Below, in pieces: positions 14,354 to 27,199 of a DNA stretch of 64,000 nt. The translations under genes and the position numbers were made by a program. How positions within the stretch are numbered: position 1 is the first letter of the stretch; each line of letters begins with the position of its first letter. Source of the stretch: the human T2T-CHM13v2.0 reference genome, Homo sapiens; NCBI RefSeq assembly GCF_009914755.1, contig NC_060940.1. The stretch is one strand, 5' to 3'. The notes under the pieces are model-generated. The model worked only from the letters and a program-made list of their open reading frames with translations. It made no database searches and was not told where the DNA came from.

Positions 14354-15364
14354 GTCTTACATTAACTCTTTAAATTATATATTTTTGGTTTTTCTGTGTC
14401 TTATTTTACTTTGAAACAGTTAATCAAAAATAGAGAGAGAAGAATGTAAATGGAGTATTCTAGTCTTCTAGAAATCTAGAGTCAGTGATAAGCAAGTTAC
14501 ATACACTTACGAGTCTTGAGTACTAAGTTAAACATTTTCACTTCACATAGGAGCCAACAATATTGGATTAGGCTTATATAACACTCTACAAGATACACAT
14601 ATGCCATCACTATTCTGAAATCCTGAATGGATTCTTTGTTACACTTCATTGTAATGATTATTCAAAGAAATTAGCAAATGGAGGGGAAAAAACTGAAAGA
14701 AATTAATGCAGAAAAAGACTTCATATTCAGCAGCCTTTCCTCCTGTTTGTGCAAAGATCACTCTAAGAGATTTTTCAAAAATCCGACAAAGTCGAAAACG
14801 TCTCAAGTGCAGATGATCAAAGCCCTTCCTATGGGATACTACTTCATAATTGAATCATGCAAACTGCTGGGAAGTTTATACCCAGCCTACATTTTCTGTG
14901 ATGTTAACCTATTATTCCTGGCCCCCTTGTGTAGTTATATTATTCTCAAAGATATCTGTAAATAGTCCCTTACCTTCTATTTTACCAGTCAAACAAACAT
15001 GTACAGGAGAAGTTGAATGCATAAATAGTCTCTGCTCATATATTTGCAGTTCAAAAGATTGGTCCACAAAGGGAAAAAACTAGAGTAGAAATTTTCCCTT
15101 TAGAAGTCTTTAGACATTCACAGAAGCAGAGACAAAAACATTCATTACAGAGGAAAGAAACAGCAGCTTTATGTGTGCTATGGGCAAGGACTACCCTGCT
15201 ATTTTTTTTTAAGACTAGTTATGGTTTTGCCAAATCTTACAAATGCATAATCATTTGGATCTTTTCAGAGGTGGCCAAAGCCAGATTCTAGGTCTGGGTG
15301 GATGATCATCGTCTCTTGAAATAGGTTCATCTATTGGGTTTGAATTTAACACAGACCTTCGCCA

Positions 15365-15482
15365 ATGCCTTCCGTTTTATTGATGAGGAAACTGAGGCCC
15401 AGAGAAATAAATGTGCTCTCCCAAGATCAAACAGCAAGGTACTCAAAACCAGGATTTGAGAACAGAGTTCTAAATTTGACCT
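15365..15482 (-). mobile_element. MIR
   Basis: GATGAGGAAACTGAGGCCCAGAGA core. Confidence 0.85.
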
Positions 15483-16087
15483 TCCCTAGAGTTTCTGAGC
15501 AAAGACGAGTTAAAAGATATTTGCCAGATTATCCTGGTATGGGGGTGGAGATAAGGACAAGGAAGTAGTGAAGAATTCCAACAGTAAGGGCTGGACATGG
15601 GACATGTCATCCCCTGGGTATCAGGGAATGCAAACTGGGAGCTCCTTGGACTTTCAGAAATGAGAAGGCCTAGGAAACACATTTTCAAACAGGATCCAAG
15701 GTTCTATCTTTGAGACATGAGGTCCCTTCGAAGTCCAGTACAGTGGCACTGCAGGAAAACATGCTCAGTGTAACCTCAGGAAGAAGCAGGTACTAGACTG
15801 AAGGCAAAGGAAGGGAAACATCTTCTCCTGTGTGAAGGTACGGTGCTGATAAAGGGAGGACACCATTCACAGGCAATTGCCATCCCAGGACCAACCTGAA
15901 TCCCATGAGATCCCGGGTGGATGTAGTCAAAGCTTGAGGTCAGCCTGCTGCCAGCTGGAATTATCTGAATGACTGGAAGACAGTAGTTCACCAATCTCTT
16001 CCAGTTGCTGAAGAAGTTTTTAGAATTATGCACTGCACAATCATGACAGATCTCTGAGAGCACAAACTAAAAAAATAATTTCATCTT

Positions 16088-16526
<439 letters not shown>

Positions 16527-17749
16527 TCATTTATTTCCCTGTATTTTGGAAGCTGCCAAAATCCCTCTGGGTCAGAACCAAACAGCTGCAATTAGCCAGC
16601 TAAGTTGGACAAATGAGAGGGTGTCTATTTGCCCAAATTATTCAAATAATTGGAACTTTTTAGACCTGGCCCTCAAAACAACATCAATATGAAGTCTAAA
16701 TCTTGGTGGCTATTCTACTAAAGGAAACAATATATTACACTATGTATAATAATTTGGGAAGATGGTCTTTTTTTCTTATTTTTTGACATGAGATCGATTA
16801 GAAACCCACAGCAGGAGAATTCCACATGGGTAAGGGAGGAAGAGATCCAATTAAGTAGGAAATGCTAACAAGCTGCTTGAGTGAGCTCTGAGGCATGCCG
16901 GGATAGTACATGTCCACAAAGAAAATATTAATTTTAAGCTCAAAGAAAAAATAAAAACTGGGAATTTAAGGGAGGGCGGGAGAATAAGAAAAAAGTGTCA
17001 GGATATTTATATAAACTGTCATTCCTGTGTTTTCATGAAGGCTCATGCCCTCTAAGCAGTCAATCAACACTCTCTCTGATCACAGCCTTTGCTCTGATTG
17101 AGTGGGGAGATGTCAGCCAAGGAGAAAAACATGTGGAAAATCTGTTAACCATGTGTGTCATTCCTGATGCCAACATGTAAGGAAATACAGGAGAGGCCTA
17201 GAAATTTGTGCATTTCCGTGCTAGCCCCAAGAATGGTAAAGAGCACTGTTGGCCTTAAAGTATATATATTTATTATGATCATTGTTGTTATGATGATAAT
17301 GATGAATATACACAGGGTTCAGTGTTAGCCCAACATACTTCAAATAAGACCAGCTGGTGCCTTGGGACTCATGTAACACCAGCAATGCATGTGTAAATAA
17401 GAGTTTAGGAATTTAACTTTGCATTTCTTGCAATGAAGAACTGAAAAGAGGATCTTTTGGAAATACTGGGAGTTAGTTTTTATTTGCTGGTCTTCTGAAA
17501 ACCCCTTTCCCGACAGGATGTAGAATTCCAGATAGTTTCAGCCTAAGAGGTCAATCAGAGCACCTGTAGCAGTTTTATTTAGGGGCTACTTGTTGGCCAG
17601 CTATCTGGGACAGCAGAGAGAACTGTGGCCAGGAGCTCACCAGTGAGCTCCGGTTGGACCTGTATTTGCACTTAGCCTGGGTGATCTTGGATAAGTCACT
17701 GAACCTGCTGAAACTTGGTTTCCTGCAGAGTGAAAAGTTTTGCTAGAAC

Positions 17750-17915
17750 TGCACTTCCTGTACCATAATACACATACAAATCACCTGGGGATCTTGTCAA
17801 ATGCAGATTCTGGGTCACTAGATCTGGGAAGGGGCCTGTTATTCTGCATTTCTCATGAGCTCCCAGACAGTGCCAAAGCTACTGGTGCACGGATCACTCT
17901 TCCAGCCGTGAGGGC
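17750..17915. mobile_element. MER5-family (hAT-Charlie)
   Basis: AATCACCTGGGGATCTTG...ATGCAGATTC...TTCTGCATTTCT...AGCTCCCAG. Confidence 0.8.
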
Positions 17916-18199
17916 TTAGATGATATTTACAGCAGACATCTGTGGCTCTGAGCGGCCCAGCCACCAATGCCACATTGTCTAATAAGGCACCTGATTTTCT
18001 TCTGGAGAACCACATTCCTTCTCTCTCAGTTAAGGCATTCAGTGGGGACTGCTGCTGATCCTAACGCCCAGTTCCACGGCTGGGCCCATGTGTTAGGCCT
18101 TGCCAGTCAAGGCACTTTTATCTCTGTGTCTGGTTCCTCTGTGGGCACATGACCCATCACGGGTTAACACAGCACAGGGCTTTCCCTGCTGCAACCACT

Positions 18200-18956
18200 G
18201 TGAAAGTGATGTTCTCTTAGCTGGAGTTCCTAAACTACAGCAAGGATATTAGACAGGGACTTTGAGAAGCCATTTTGTGACATCATGGAAAAGCCAGCCT
18301 GAAAACAAAGTTAATACAGAAGAAAGCAAACCTGAGAGATGCGGTTGTTACCAGATCAGGGTCCAGATCCAGACCCCAAGAGAGGGTTCTTGGGTCTTGG
18401 GCAAGAAAAAATTCGGGTGAGTCCATACAGTAAAGTGAAAGCAAGTTTATTAGGAAAGTAAAGGAATAAAGAATGGCTACTCCATAGACAGAGCAGACCC
18501 AAGGGCTGCTGGTTGCCCATTTTTATGGTTATTTCTTGATTATATGCTAAACAAGGGCTGGATTATTCATGCCTCTCCTTTTTAGACCATATAGGGGAAC
18601 TTCCTGATGTTGCCATGGCATTTGTAAACTGTCATGGCACTGTGAGAGTGTAGCAGTGAGGACAATCAGAGGTCACTCTCATTGTCATTTTGGTTTTGGT
18701 TGGTTTTTGCTGGCTTCTTTACTGCAACCTGTTTTATCAGCAAAGTCTTTATGACTTCTATCTTGTGCCAACCTTCTATCTCAGCCTGCGACTTAGAATC
18801 TCTAACCATCTGGGAATGTAGCCCAGTAGGTCTCAGCCTTACTTTACCTAGCCTCTATTCAAGATGGAGTTGCTCTGGTTCAAATGTCTCTAACACAGTG
18901 ACATCATTTGAACTCCTAGATACAGCCATGCCTGAAGACCGATATCCTGGCTTCTT
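18200..18956 (+). mobile_element. MLT1J/K-type LTR fragment split by MER41A
   Basis: GCCATTTTGTGACATCATG...CAGAAGAAAGCA...GAGAGATG and GACATCATTTGAACTCCTAGATACAGCCATGCCTGAAG on either side. Confidence 0.65.
18346..18895 (-). mobile_element. MER41A (ERV1) solo LTR
   Basis: 550 bp with TG...CA termini, matches recalled MER41A consensus; 4-bp TSD CGGT/CAGT. Confidence 0.9.
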
Positions 18957-19035
18957 CTAATTAAAGGCAGGGCACGAAGGTCATACATTTCTTCTGTATT
19001 TTCAATATTTTATCTGTCACTTTCTAAATCTAGAC

Positions 19036-19229
19036 CAGAGGTCAGCCACTTTTTTGTAAAGAGCTAGATAGTAAATATTTTAGGCTTGCAGAACATACAG
19101 CCTCAGTAGGAACGGCTCAGTTTTGCTATTGTAGCACTAAAGCAGCCATAGGCAATATGTAAATAAATGTCCCAATTAACTTTATTATAATAGACACCCA
19201 GTCGGCAGGCCAGAGTTTGCCAACCTCTG
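19036..19229. mobile_element. MER58A (hAT-Charlie)
   Basis: CAGAGGTCAGC...GTTTGCCAACCTCTG termini; TSD ATCTAGAC/GTCTAGAC. Confidence 0.88.
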
Positions 19230-19249
19230 GTCTAGACAATCAATAAAGC

Positions 19250-19928
<679 letters not shown>

Positions 19929-19953
19929 CCCCCTCTGTAACCATTTTTAAATA

Positions 19954-20165
19954 CAGTCAGGCACCACATAAGGATGTCTGGGTCACTGATAGACCGTATA
20001 TACAATTGTAGTCAGTGCAATAGGGTGTACCATATAGCCTAGGTGTGTAGTAGGCTATACCATCTAGGCTTGTGTAAATGTACTCTACAATATTTGCACA
20101 ATGACAAAATCACCTAACTATGCGTTTCTCAGAACATATCCCAGTCTCTAAGCAATGCATGAATG
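19954..20165. mobile_element. Tigger3-family (GOLEM) short element
   Basis: CAGTCA...TGCATGAATG termini; TAGCCTAGGTGTGTAGTAGGCTATACCATCTAGG; TA TSD. Confidence 0.88.
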
Positions 20166-20929
20166 TAGTTCAAAAGTGAAAACAGAGGAGCCAGGGTCCA
20201 AAGATATCACAATAGTAGATCAAAGTTTGGAAGGGGATTAACAGCATCTTCAGGAATTGCAGTTTAAAATTCCAATGTATTAGACAAGTCCTTTTTGAAA
20301 TGGTAATGCCTCGTACCTGAGTAGAAAAGACAATTAAGATAATGTGTTAATTTTCCCCTTGAATCTGGCAGTAATATTTTGATCCTGTTAATTATCCAGA
20401 GAACAGAAAATATATATAATGTGATAGCTCTGTGCAGAGTTGACATGCTTGCTGCCTGGCTAAGTAGCCACGCTTATCCTATAATTAGCTGCTTGGAATG
20501 CAATTTCCATTCCTTCCTAAATACACCCACTAAAAAATAAACCAATGTAGCGTTTCACAGCTATTCCAATCTGGTTTTCCCCCGGGAAAGCAAGCCAATG
20601 ATTATTTACTAAAACTTATCCTCCTTTCAAAACTATCAGAAAATAGCCATCCGTTTGCTAATGATTTCTGGCAGGTGAGGGTTAATCAATGCCTTAAGAA
20701 CACAGAAAGCACATGTCATTATAGCCCCAGCATGCTCTCTTTCTGCAAAGGATAAACTTATCGATGTCACTAACTGGGCATTTTAATGAGAGTTCATTAC
20801 AAAAGGGCAACCTTCTCAGTGGGCAACTAAATCCATAAGGGGGAAAAATGTGGACCCAGATTTATTCTTATAAGTGGGGAAACAGGGCTTTCTATATAAT
20901 ATGAGGTTCAGGACTTTATTTCCTTCTGA

Positions 20930-21258
<329 letters not shown>

Positions 21259-21287
21259 TATTCACTCTTTGGAAAAAACAAACTCCC

Positions 21288-21813
21288 TGTATTAGCCAGA
21301 GTTTTCCAGAGAAACAGAATTGGTAGGATATACTTACGTATATAGAAAGAGATTTATTGTGGGAATTGGCTCACATGATTATACAGGCTAAGAAATCCCA
21401 TAATCTACCCTCTGCAAGGTGGAGTCTCCAGAAAGCTAGTGCTGTAATTTTAGTCTAAACCCAAAGGTCTGGGAACCAGGGTAGCCAGGGTTGTAAGTCC
21501 AAATCTGAGTCTGAAGCCTGGAGAACCAGAGTGCCAATGTTCAAGAGCAGAAGAAGAATGGATGTCTCAGCTCAAGGAAAGAGGGCAAATCCAACCTTGT
21601 TGTGTTTCACCTTGGAATTCTAATCAAACCTTCAATGGATTAGGTGATGCCCACACACATTGATGAGGGTGATTTCTTTATTCAGTCTACTGAGTAGAAT
21701 GCAAATCTCTTCCAAAACACCCTCCCAGATTGACACACCCAGAAATAATGTTTTACCAGCTATCTGGGGATCCCATAGCCCAGTCAAGTTGTTACATAAA
21801 ATTAACCATGGCA
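21288..21813 (-). mobile_element. MLT2B-type (ERVL) solo LTR
   Basis: TGTATTAGCCAGAGTTTTCCAGAGAAACAGAA...CAAGTTGTTACATAAAATTAACCATGGCA. Confidence 0.88.
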
Positions 21814-22339
21814 CTGCCCCTCCTCTCAAGGAAAGCTTATAATAGAGACAAGAACTTTTATTAAAATGGTGGCATTTAGTTTGTTACATAATCATAATCT
21901 ATGTCTACCCATGGTATTTTATACATTTTATAAAATCACAAAGCATTGCTATATTGTTATATTCCTATCACATGTCTAGGTGTCTGATCTCCTTTTTTAC
22001 TTTAAGCAAGTACATCAGGATGGAAGTAAGACTAGGCCTGGGGACAGAACATCTAGGTTCAGATTTGAATTCATTTTTTTTCTAATTGTGGGAGCTTGAA
22101 GAAGGCATGTAAATTATTTACCCTTCAGGTGTCCACATCTGTGAATATGGTCATTAAAGCATCAAGGAATCCATTTCTAAACTATGCTGCAAGGAAAAAA
22201 GATTTTTTTTTTTGCATTTGGATCCCTGCACAGAAGGCTTCATTTATAAAAGATGCTTCCAGATCTGTAGAATGAATGCATGCAAACATACATGCATGCA
22301 TCCCTTCATTTGGTAATCTTCAGACTGCAGAAGGGGCTA

Positions 22340-22985
22340 TGTTAGTGTAGAGTTTGGGATCAATCACTCTGGGGAAACTGACTGCATGGTTTTGAATTAC
22401 ACTTCTACCACTTACTCAATAGCTGTGTGATTTTAGGTGACATTACTTAATCTCTCAGTGCCTCATCTATAAAAGAGAGGGTGTCTTAGTCCATTTTATG
22501 TTGCTAAAACAGAGTATCTGAGACTGGGTAATTTAGAAAAGAGGTTTATTTGGCTCATGATTCTGGTGGCTGGAAAGTCCAAGATCAAGCAGCACATCTG
22601 GCAAGGGTCTCCTGTCGCTTTGACTCATGGTAGAAAGCAAGAAGAGAAGTGCATGCAAAGAGAAAGCAGGAGAGACTGGGCTCACTTATAACAATCCTAT
22701 CTCTCTCAGAACAAATCTATTCCTGCAAAAGGGCATTAATGTATTCATGAGGGATCCACCTCCATGACAAAACACATCACACTAGGCCCCACCTCCTAAC
22801 ACCACCTCACTGGAGATCAAATTTCAACATAAGCTTCAGAAGGGGGAAATCATATTCAAACCATAGCAGACAGTGATAATAGTTCTTCACTGGATTAAGA
22901 TAAAGTGGGTTAATAGAAATAAATTTATTAGAACAGTACCTAACACAGAGTTGGCACTTCATAAGTATTAGCTATTATTACTTTC
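22340..22985 (+). mobile_element. MIR split by MST LTR
   Basis: Core before 22481; TGATAATAG...GCTATTATTA resumes after 22868. Confidence 0.75.
22482..22868 (-). mobile_element. MSTB1/MSTC-type MaLR solo LTR
   Basis: TGTCTTAGTCCATTTT...ATTCAAACCATAGCA. Confidence 0.85.
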
Positions 22986-23369
22986 ATCATGATAGGGAAT
23001 TTACCAAACAATATACTATATTCTATGTTCCACATTCAGCATTTGATGTTTCATAGGCCTATTTCTCCTGGAAATTAGAGTGAAATAAAATGTAGTTTCT
23101 CTTTTAAGTTTTGCTGGGGTATCCAGGCCTTGATTCAGATGCATCACCAAGCTCTTGGTGGTCATTCATTCTTTCTCTCTCCCCTGGCTGTAACCTGCTC
23201 ATGGGATCTGTTGCAAGGGGCATAGGTGGGCCTGAGGCTTCGTGAGGACCAAGAAATTGGGGCTGTCCTGGCATTGTCTTGCTTAATAATGGCAACAGCT
23301 GAGGATCAGATTAAGCAAAGCTGTGTTGTACTGAGGAACTGCATCCTTCCTGCAATTCCTTTTTTTTTT

Positions 23370-23500
23370 TTATTCACTCATTGAACAAACGTTTTGAGTG
23401 CCTACTCTCTGCCAGGTATTATGAAATCTGCTACAAACATAATGGTGAAGAAAATAGACAAAACCCCTTCTTGGATCCTCACAGACCACGGGGAAGCCTG
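23370..23500 (-). mobile_element. L2 3' end (duplicate of the 24655 copy)
   Basis: ATTCACTCATTGAACAAAC...TGAGTGCCTACT..TGCCAGG. Confidence 0.75.
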
Positions 23501-23546
23501 ATTTGGTCTGACCTAGGTACCAGGAACACTGTTTAATAGACCAAAC

Positions 23547-23796
23547 TTTTTTTTTTTTTTTACACATTAAGTTTTAGGGTACATGTGCACAATGTGCAGG
23601 TTTGTTACATATGTATACATGTGCCATGTTGGTGTGCTGCACCCATTAATTCGTCATTTAGCATTAGGTATATCTCCTAATGCTATCCCTCCCCCCTGCC
23701 CCCACCCCACAACAGTCCCCGGAGTGTGATGTTCCCCTTCATGTGTCCATGTGTTCTCATTGTTCAATTCCCACCTATGAGTGAGAACATGTGGTG
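23547..23796 (-). mobile_element. L1PA3-like 3' end, 5'-truncated
   Basis: TTTAGCATTAGGTATATCTCCTAATGC and CCCCACAACAGTCCCC; TSD GACCAAAC(A)TTTT. Confidence 0.9.
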
Positions 23797-24119
23797 AGGA
23801 CCAAACATTTTTTTTAAAAAATCCCTAAGCTGGGGTTTCCCATGTGTCACTGACTAGGTGAGGACAAGAAAGAGAGAAGTCCAGTTTAAAATTCTCTTTC
23901 TTGTATCAAAGTCAAAGCTCTGTCTCTCAGGCCAGGTGGGTAATTGCTCACCTTTTCTTCCGGGGAATTGTTAGGGATGTCTTCAGCTCTTTCTCTGGAG
24001 CTTCACACCCCTAAGGAAGCAATTCATCATGTACACACTCATGAAAAAATGTTCAAATGTTCATTCATATTTCCATCATTTCAAATATTTCCTCATCCCT
24101 TCACTCTAGCATTTCTTCC

Positions 24120-24245
24120 TTTAATCACTCATTTATTCAAATACTTATGGAATATCTGCAGTGTGCCAGACATCATTCTCGGCACTGGGAATGTGATAGT
24201 TAACTAGAAAAAGTGCCTGTCCACATAAAGTTTACATTCTAACAA
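24120..24245 (-). mobile_element. L2 3' end
   Basis: CATTTATTCAAATACTTATGG...GTGTGCCAGAC...GGCACTGGGAAT. Confidence 0.75.
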
Positions 24246-24654
24246 GCTCCCAGGTATCACCAATGCCGCTGGACTACAGACCTGGCTTGTGGTTTCAAGG
24301 GGTAAACAGTAGAATGCCTTCCACTCTCTGCACTCTCAAAACTAAAACGCATCTTCACATATGTGTCACATCTCTCTATGTGGTACTTGATGCTATGGTA
24401 GATCAGAAAATGCGTGGGCACATGGCACAGTCCTGGTCACCCAAGCACTCACTCTGCCTACTCTTAATTGCCACTCTCGGAAAGAAGATATAGAAGGATG
24501 CTTTTTCTCTCCTGGAAAAATTAGCGTTTTCAATATATTTCTTACTGTAAATTTAAAGATCTCATTTTCTGATAATGGAGTTAGATGTTGAGGACAGAGG
24601 GGCCTTTGCACATACTTCTAAAATCATACCCTTCCTGCAATTCCTTTTTCGGCC

Positions 24655-25275
24655 TTTATTCATTCATTGAACAAACATTTATCGAGATCCTACTGTGCCA
24701 GGTGTTATAAAATCTGCCACAAATATAATGGTGAAGAAAACAGACGTAACTCGTGCTTGGTGTCCCATAGACCATGGGAAAGCCTGACCTGCCCTCGGGG
24801 CTTGGGAAAGCCTTTCTTCTGGAAGCAAGGCTCATGTTGAGATTGAAAGATGAGAAGGATTTTAAGAGTGGAGTCTAAATGGAAGAAAGAGTATGAGCAA
24901 AAGCCCTGTGATGGGAGAAAACAGAGTGTATTTGAGAAACTGAAAGGCAAAACAGGGAAGGCAAAGGGGAAATGGGAGATGTGACTGGAAAAGGTAGGAG
25001 ACCAAATCGTGCAGGCCTTCATGGGCTCCCTTAACAACTGGCAGCTTATTCTAAGAGTAGTTAGAAGCCCCTATAAGATTTAGAGTAGGCCATTGTAATA
25101 TAAGCAGCTCACTCTGGCTGCAGTGATCTCAAAGGCCTGGTGGGGACCAGAGTAGCTTTGGGGGTGGGGATAGAGGGATCAGCCTGGGGGCTTCTGCAGT
25201 GAGCTGGGCAAGGAACAATAAAGCAGAATTCTGAGAGATGCAGAAGAGGTGGAGATAACAACTGGATTGCTGGAA
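24655..25275 (-). mobile_element. L2
   Basis: ATTCATTCATTGAACAAACATTT followed by a typical purine-rich L2 body. Confidence 0.8.
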
Positions 25276-25654
25276 GAGAACTCGAGGAGCAAAATGCTCT
25301 GTGCTGTCAGCCCTACATCCCCTGGGACCCTCTGGCAGGGTCAGTTACATACCTTCCCTTCTTCTCTCTTTGCAGGCAGGGACCATGACCTTTCCATCTG
25401 GCATTTCTCCCCAGAGCCTAGTCCAGTGTCTGAGTTGTCCCTAAGGAGCTCGCAACCCAGATAATGAGATAAACCCAGAGATGAATCTATTGGAGAAACT
25501 GCAAAGCAATAAATGAAACGATTGCCAGGTTAGTATAAATCGAATGCGTAAGTGCTGAAAATCCATGGAGCAAAGACATGATTAAGAGGGGCTGAATAAT
25601 TAACTGGAAACACGGAGAGGCTCTTACAAGGGGCCATGCAATTCCAAGGAAGCA

Positions 25655-26275
25655 AACTGGTGTCTCATGAGCCGAATATGGCCCATAGGCCTCTTTTGTC
25701 AGGGCTATGCTTATGCTGACCAATATAGTGATGTTTGTTAGATCAGCAGTTTTACATTGCTGATGAGAATGTAAACTGGTGTCATCACCTTGGAGAGTAA
25801 TTTAATAGTAGCGGATACAATTGACAATGTCTAGCAGTTTTACATCTAATTAGACGCCAATTTTTAAAAAATAAAATAAAATATTCAGAGATTTTGTATT
25901 AAAAGTCCAAATTTCCAAATTCTGCTGGAGCTCAGGGAAGCAAAGATGTGCCAACCCTGGGCTGCACTATAGTAAGTAGCTTCCTTTAGCCTGGGAGTGT
26001 GTGCTGCTTTCCAATTTAACCACAGTCCCCACTGCTCCCTATTGCCTCCCAGCATGAAAGCTGGTGTTATTTGCTATGTATCATCACACCCATGCTATTG
26101 TTCTTATAGCCAAGAGGTACGTGACCTACTTTTCACCCCTTGTCTCTATACTTAGTGGGAAAATGAAAGCCAGACAAGGAGGGCAATGTGTTTCAACTCA
26201 AATTAAAAGCAAACAGGTATCTATGGGAAAATGAAGAATATTTTAGTTAGTATTTAATATGTAAACGAAGTGTAT
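25655..26275 (+). mobile_element. Charlie8/MER102-type hAT fossil with decayed transposase N-terminus
   Basis: CCACAGTCCCCACTGCTCCCTATTG motif; 26155 onward reads VGK*KPDKEGNVFQ...YLICKRS. Confidence 0.7.
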
Positions 26276-26880
26276 CAGTCTTATTTTTATGTTTGTTTGT
26301 TTCTGAGCCCTGCATTCGGGTATGGGACTGCTGATCGAATCCCATTCCCTCACTGTATAGATGCACTCGTGGGGCCCAGAGTGGTGAAGCAATTCACCAA
26401 GGATCACACAGCATTAGAAGCCAGGTTAGAACTAGAACCAGTAGATGGAGGGTGTGGATGGCAGATGGGAAGAGGATGGAGAAAAGAAAAAGAAAGATGG
26501 CTGAGAGATGGAAACAACAGTACAGGCACCTGGGCAGAGGAGGGTATAGTGCCTGGACCAGTGAGGGGAGGGGTCAGTAAAAGCTGGAAAGAAGAGATGG
26601 GAGAGAGAAGCAGATGTCTCAAAGGCGTGACTCCAAGGTTCTGTCTGGGAAAGTAAGTCAATGGCAGTAGAGTGTGGCAAACATGACTTTGGCATCAATA
26701 AGCAATACAGAGGTCCCCAGAGGGTACCCCTAAGAGACAAGGAGAACGGAGAACACCCCTAAATGATATTTTTGAAAGTAGACCAGGATACGCAGCCTGG
26801 GGTGATGAGAAAACCACACATGGCCCAAGTCTAACAGAATACCAGGGGAAAGCCCAGACCCTCTGTCTTTTGCCCCTTTC

Positions 26881-26894
26881 GGGGGGGGGGGGGG
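26881..26894 (+). repeat. G14 homopolymer
   Basis: Directly visible. Confidence 0.9.
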
Positions 26895-27199
26895 TCACAT
26901 GGTCCCCCAGGGACTTGGGCTAAGAAGGTCAGAAACTTGCCAGAATGCTTGGTCCTAAATGAAGATTTCTCTCTCTTGTGTCTTGGTTGAGCAGATTTCC
27001 AAACAGATACTTAAGAAATCTAAACAACAATATTCCTTTTTAAGCAGCTAAATGGCGAACAGCCTCCAATGTCATGCAAAATGTAACTTCTTTCTCTACC
27101 TGATTGATTTTTAGGTCAGAACACTGTAACTCCATAGTAAGCCATTGCCCAGTGGAAATAGATGACTGTTTCTCTCACTCGTAAGTTTCCCGGTTGAAT

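Noticed and set aside
17632-17651. 9-bp inverted repeat GGAGCTCAC-CA-GTGAGCTCC
   Set aside because: Arms this short are expected by chance in 64 kb
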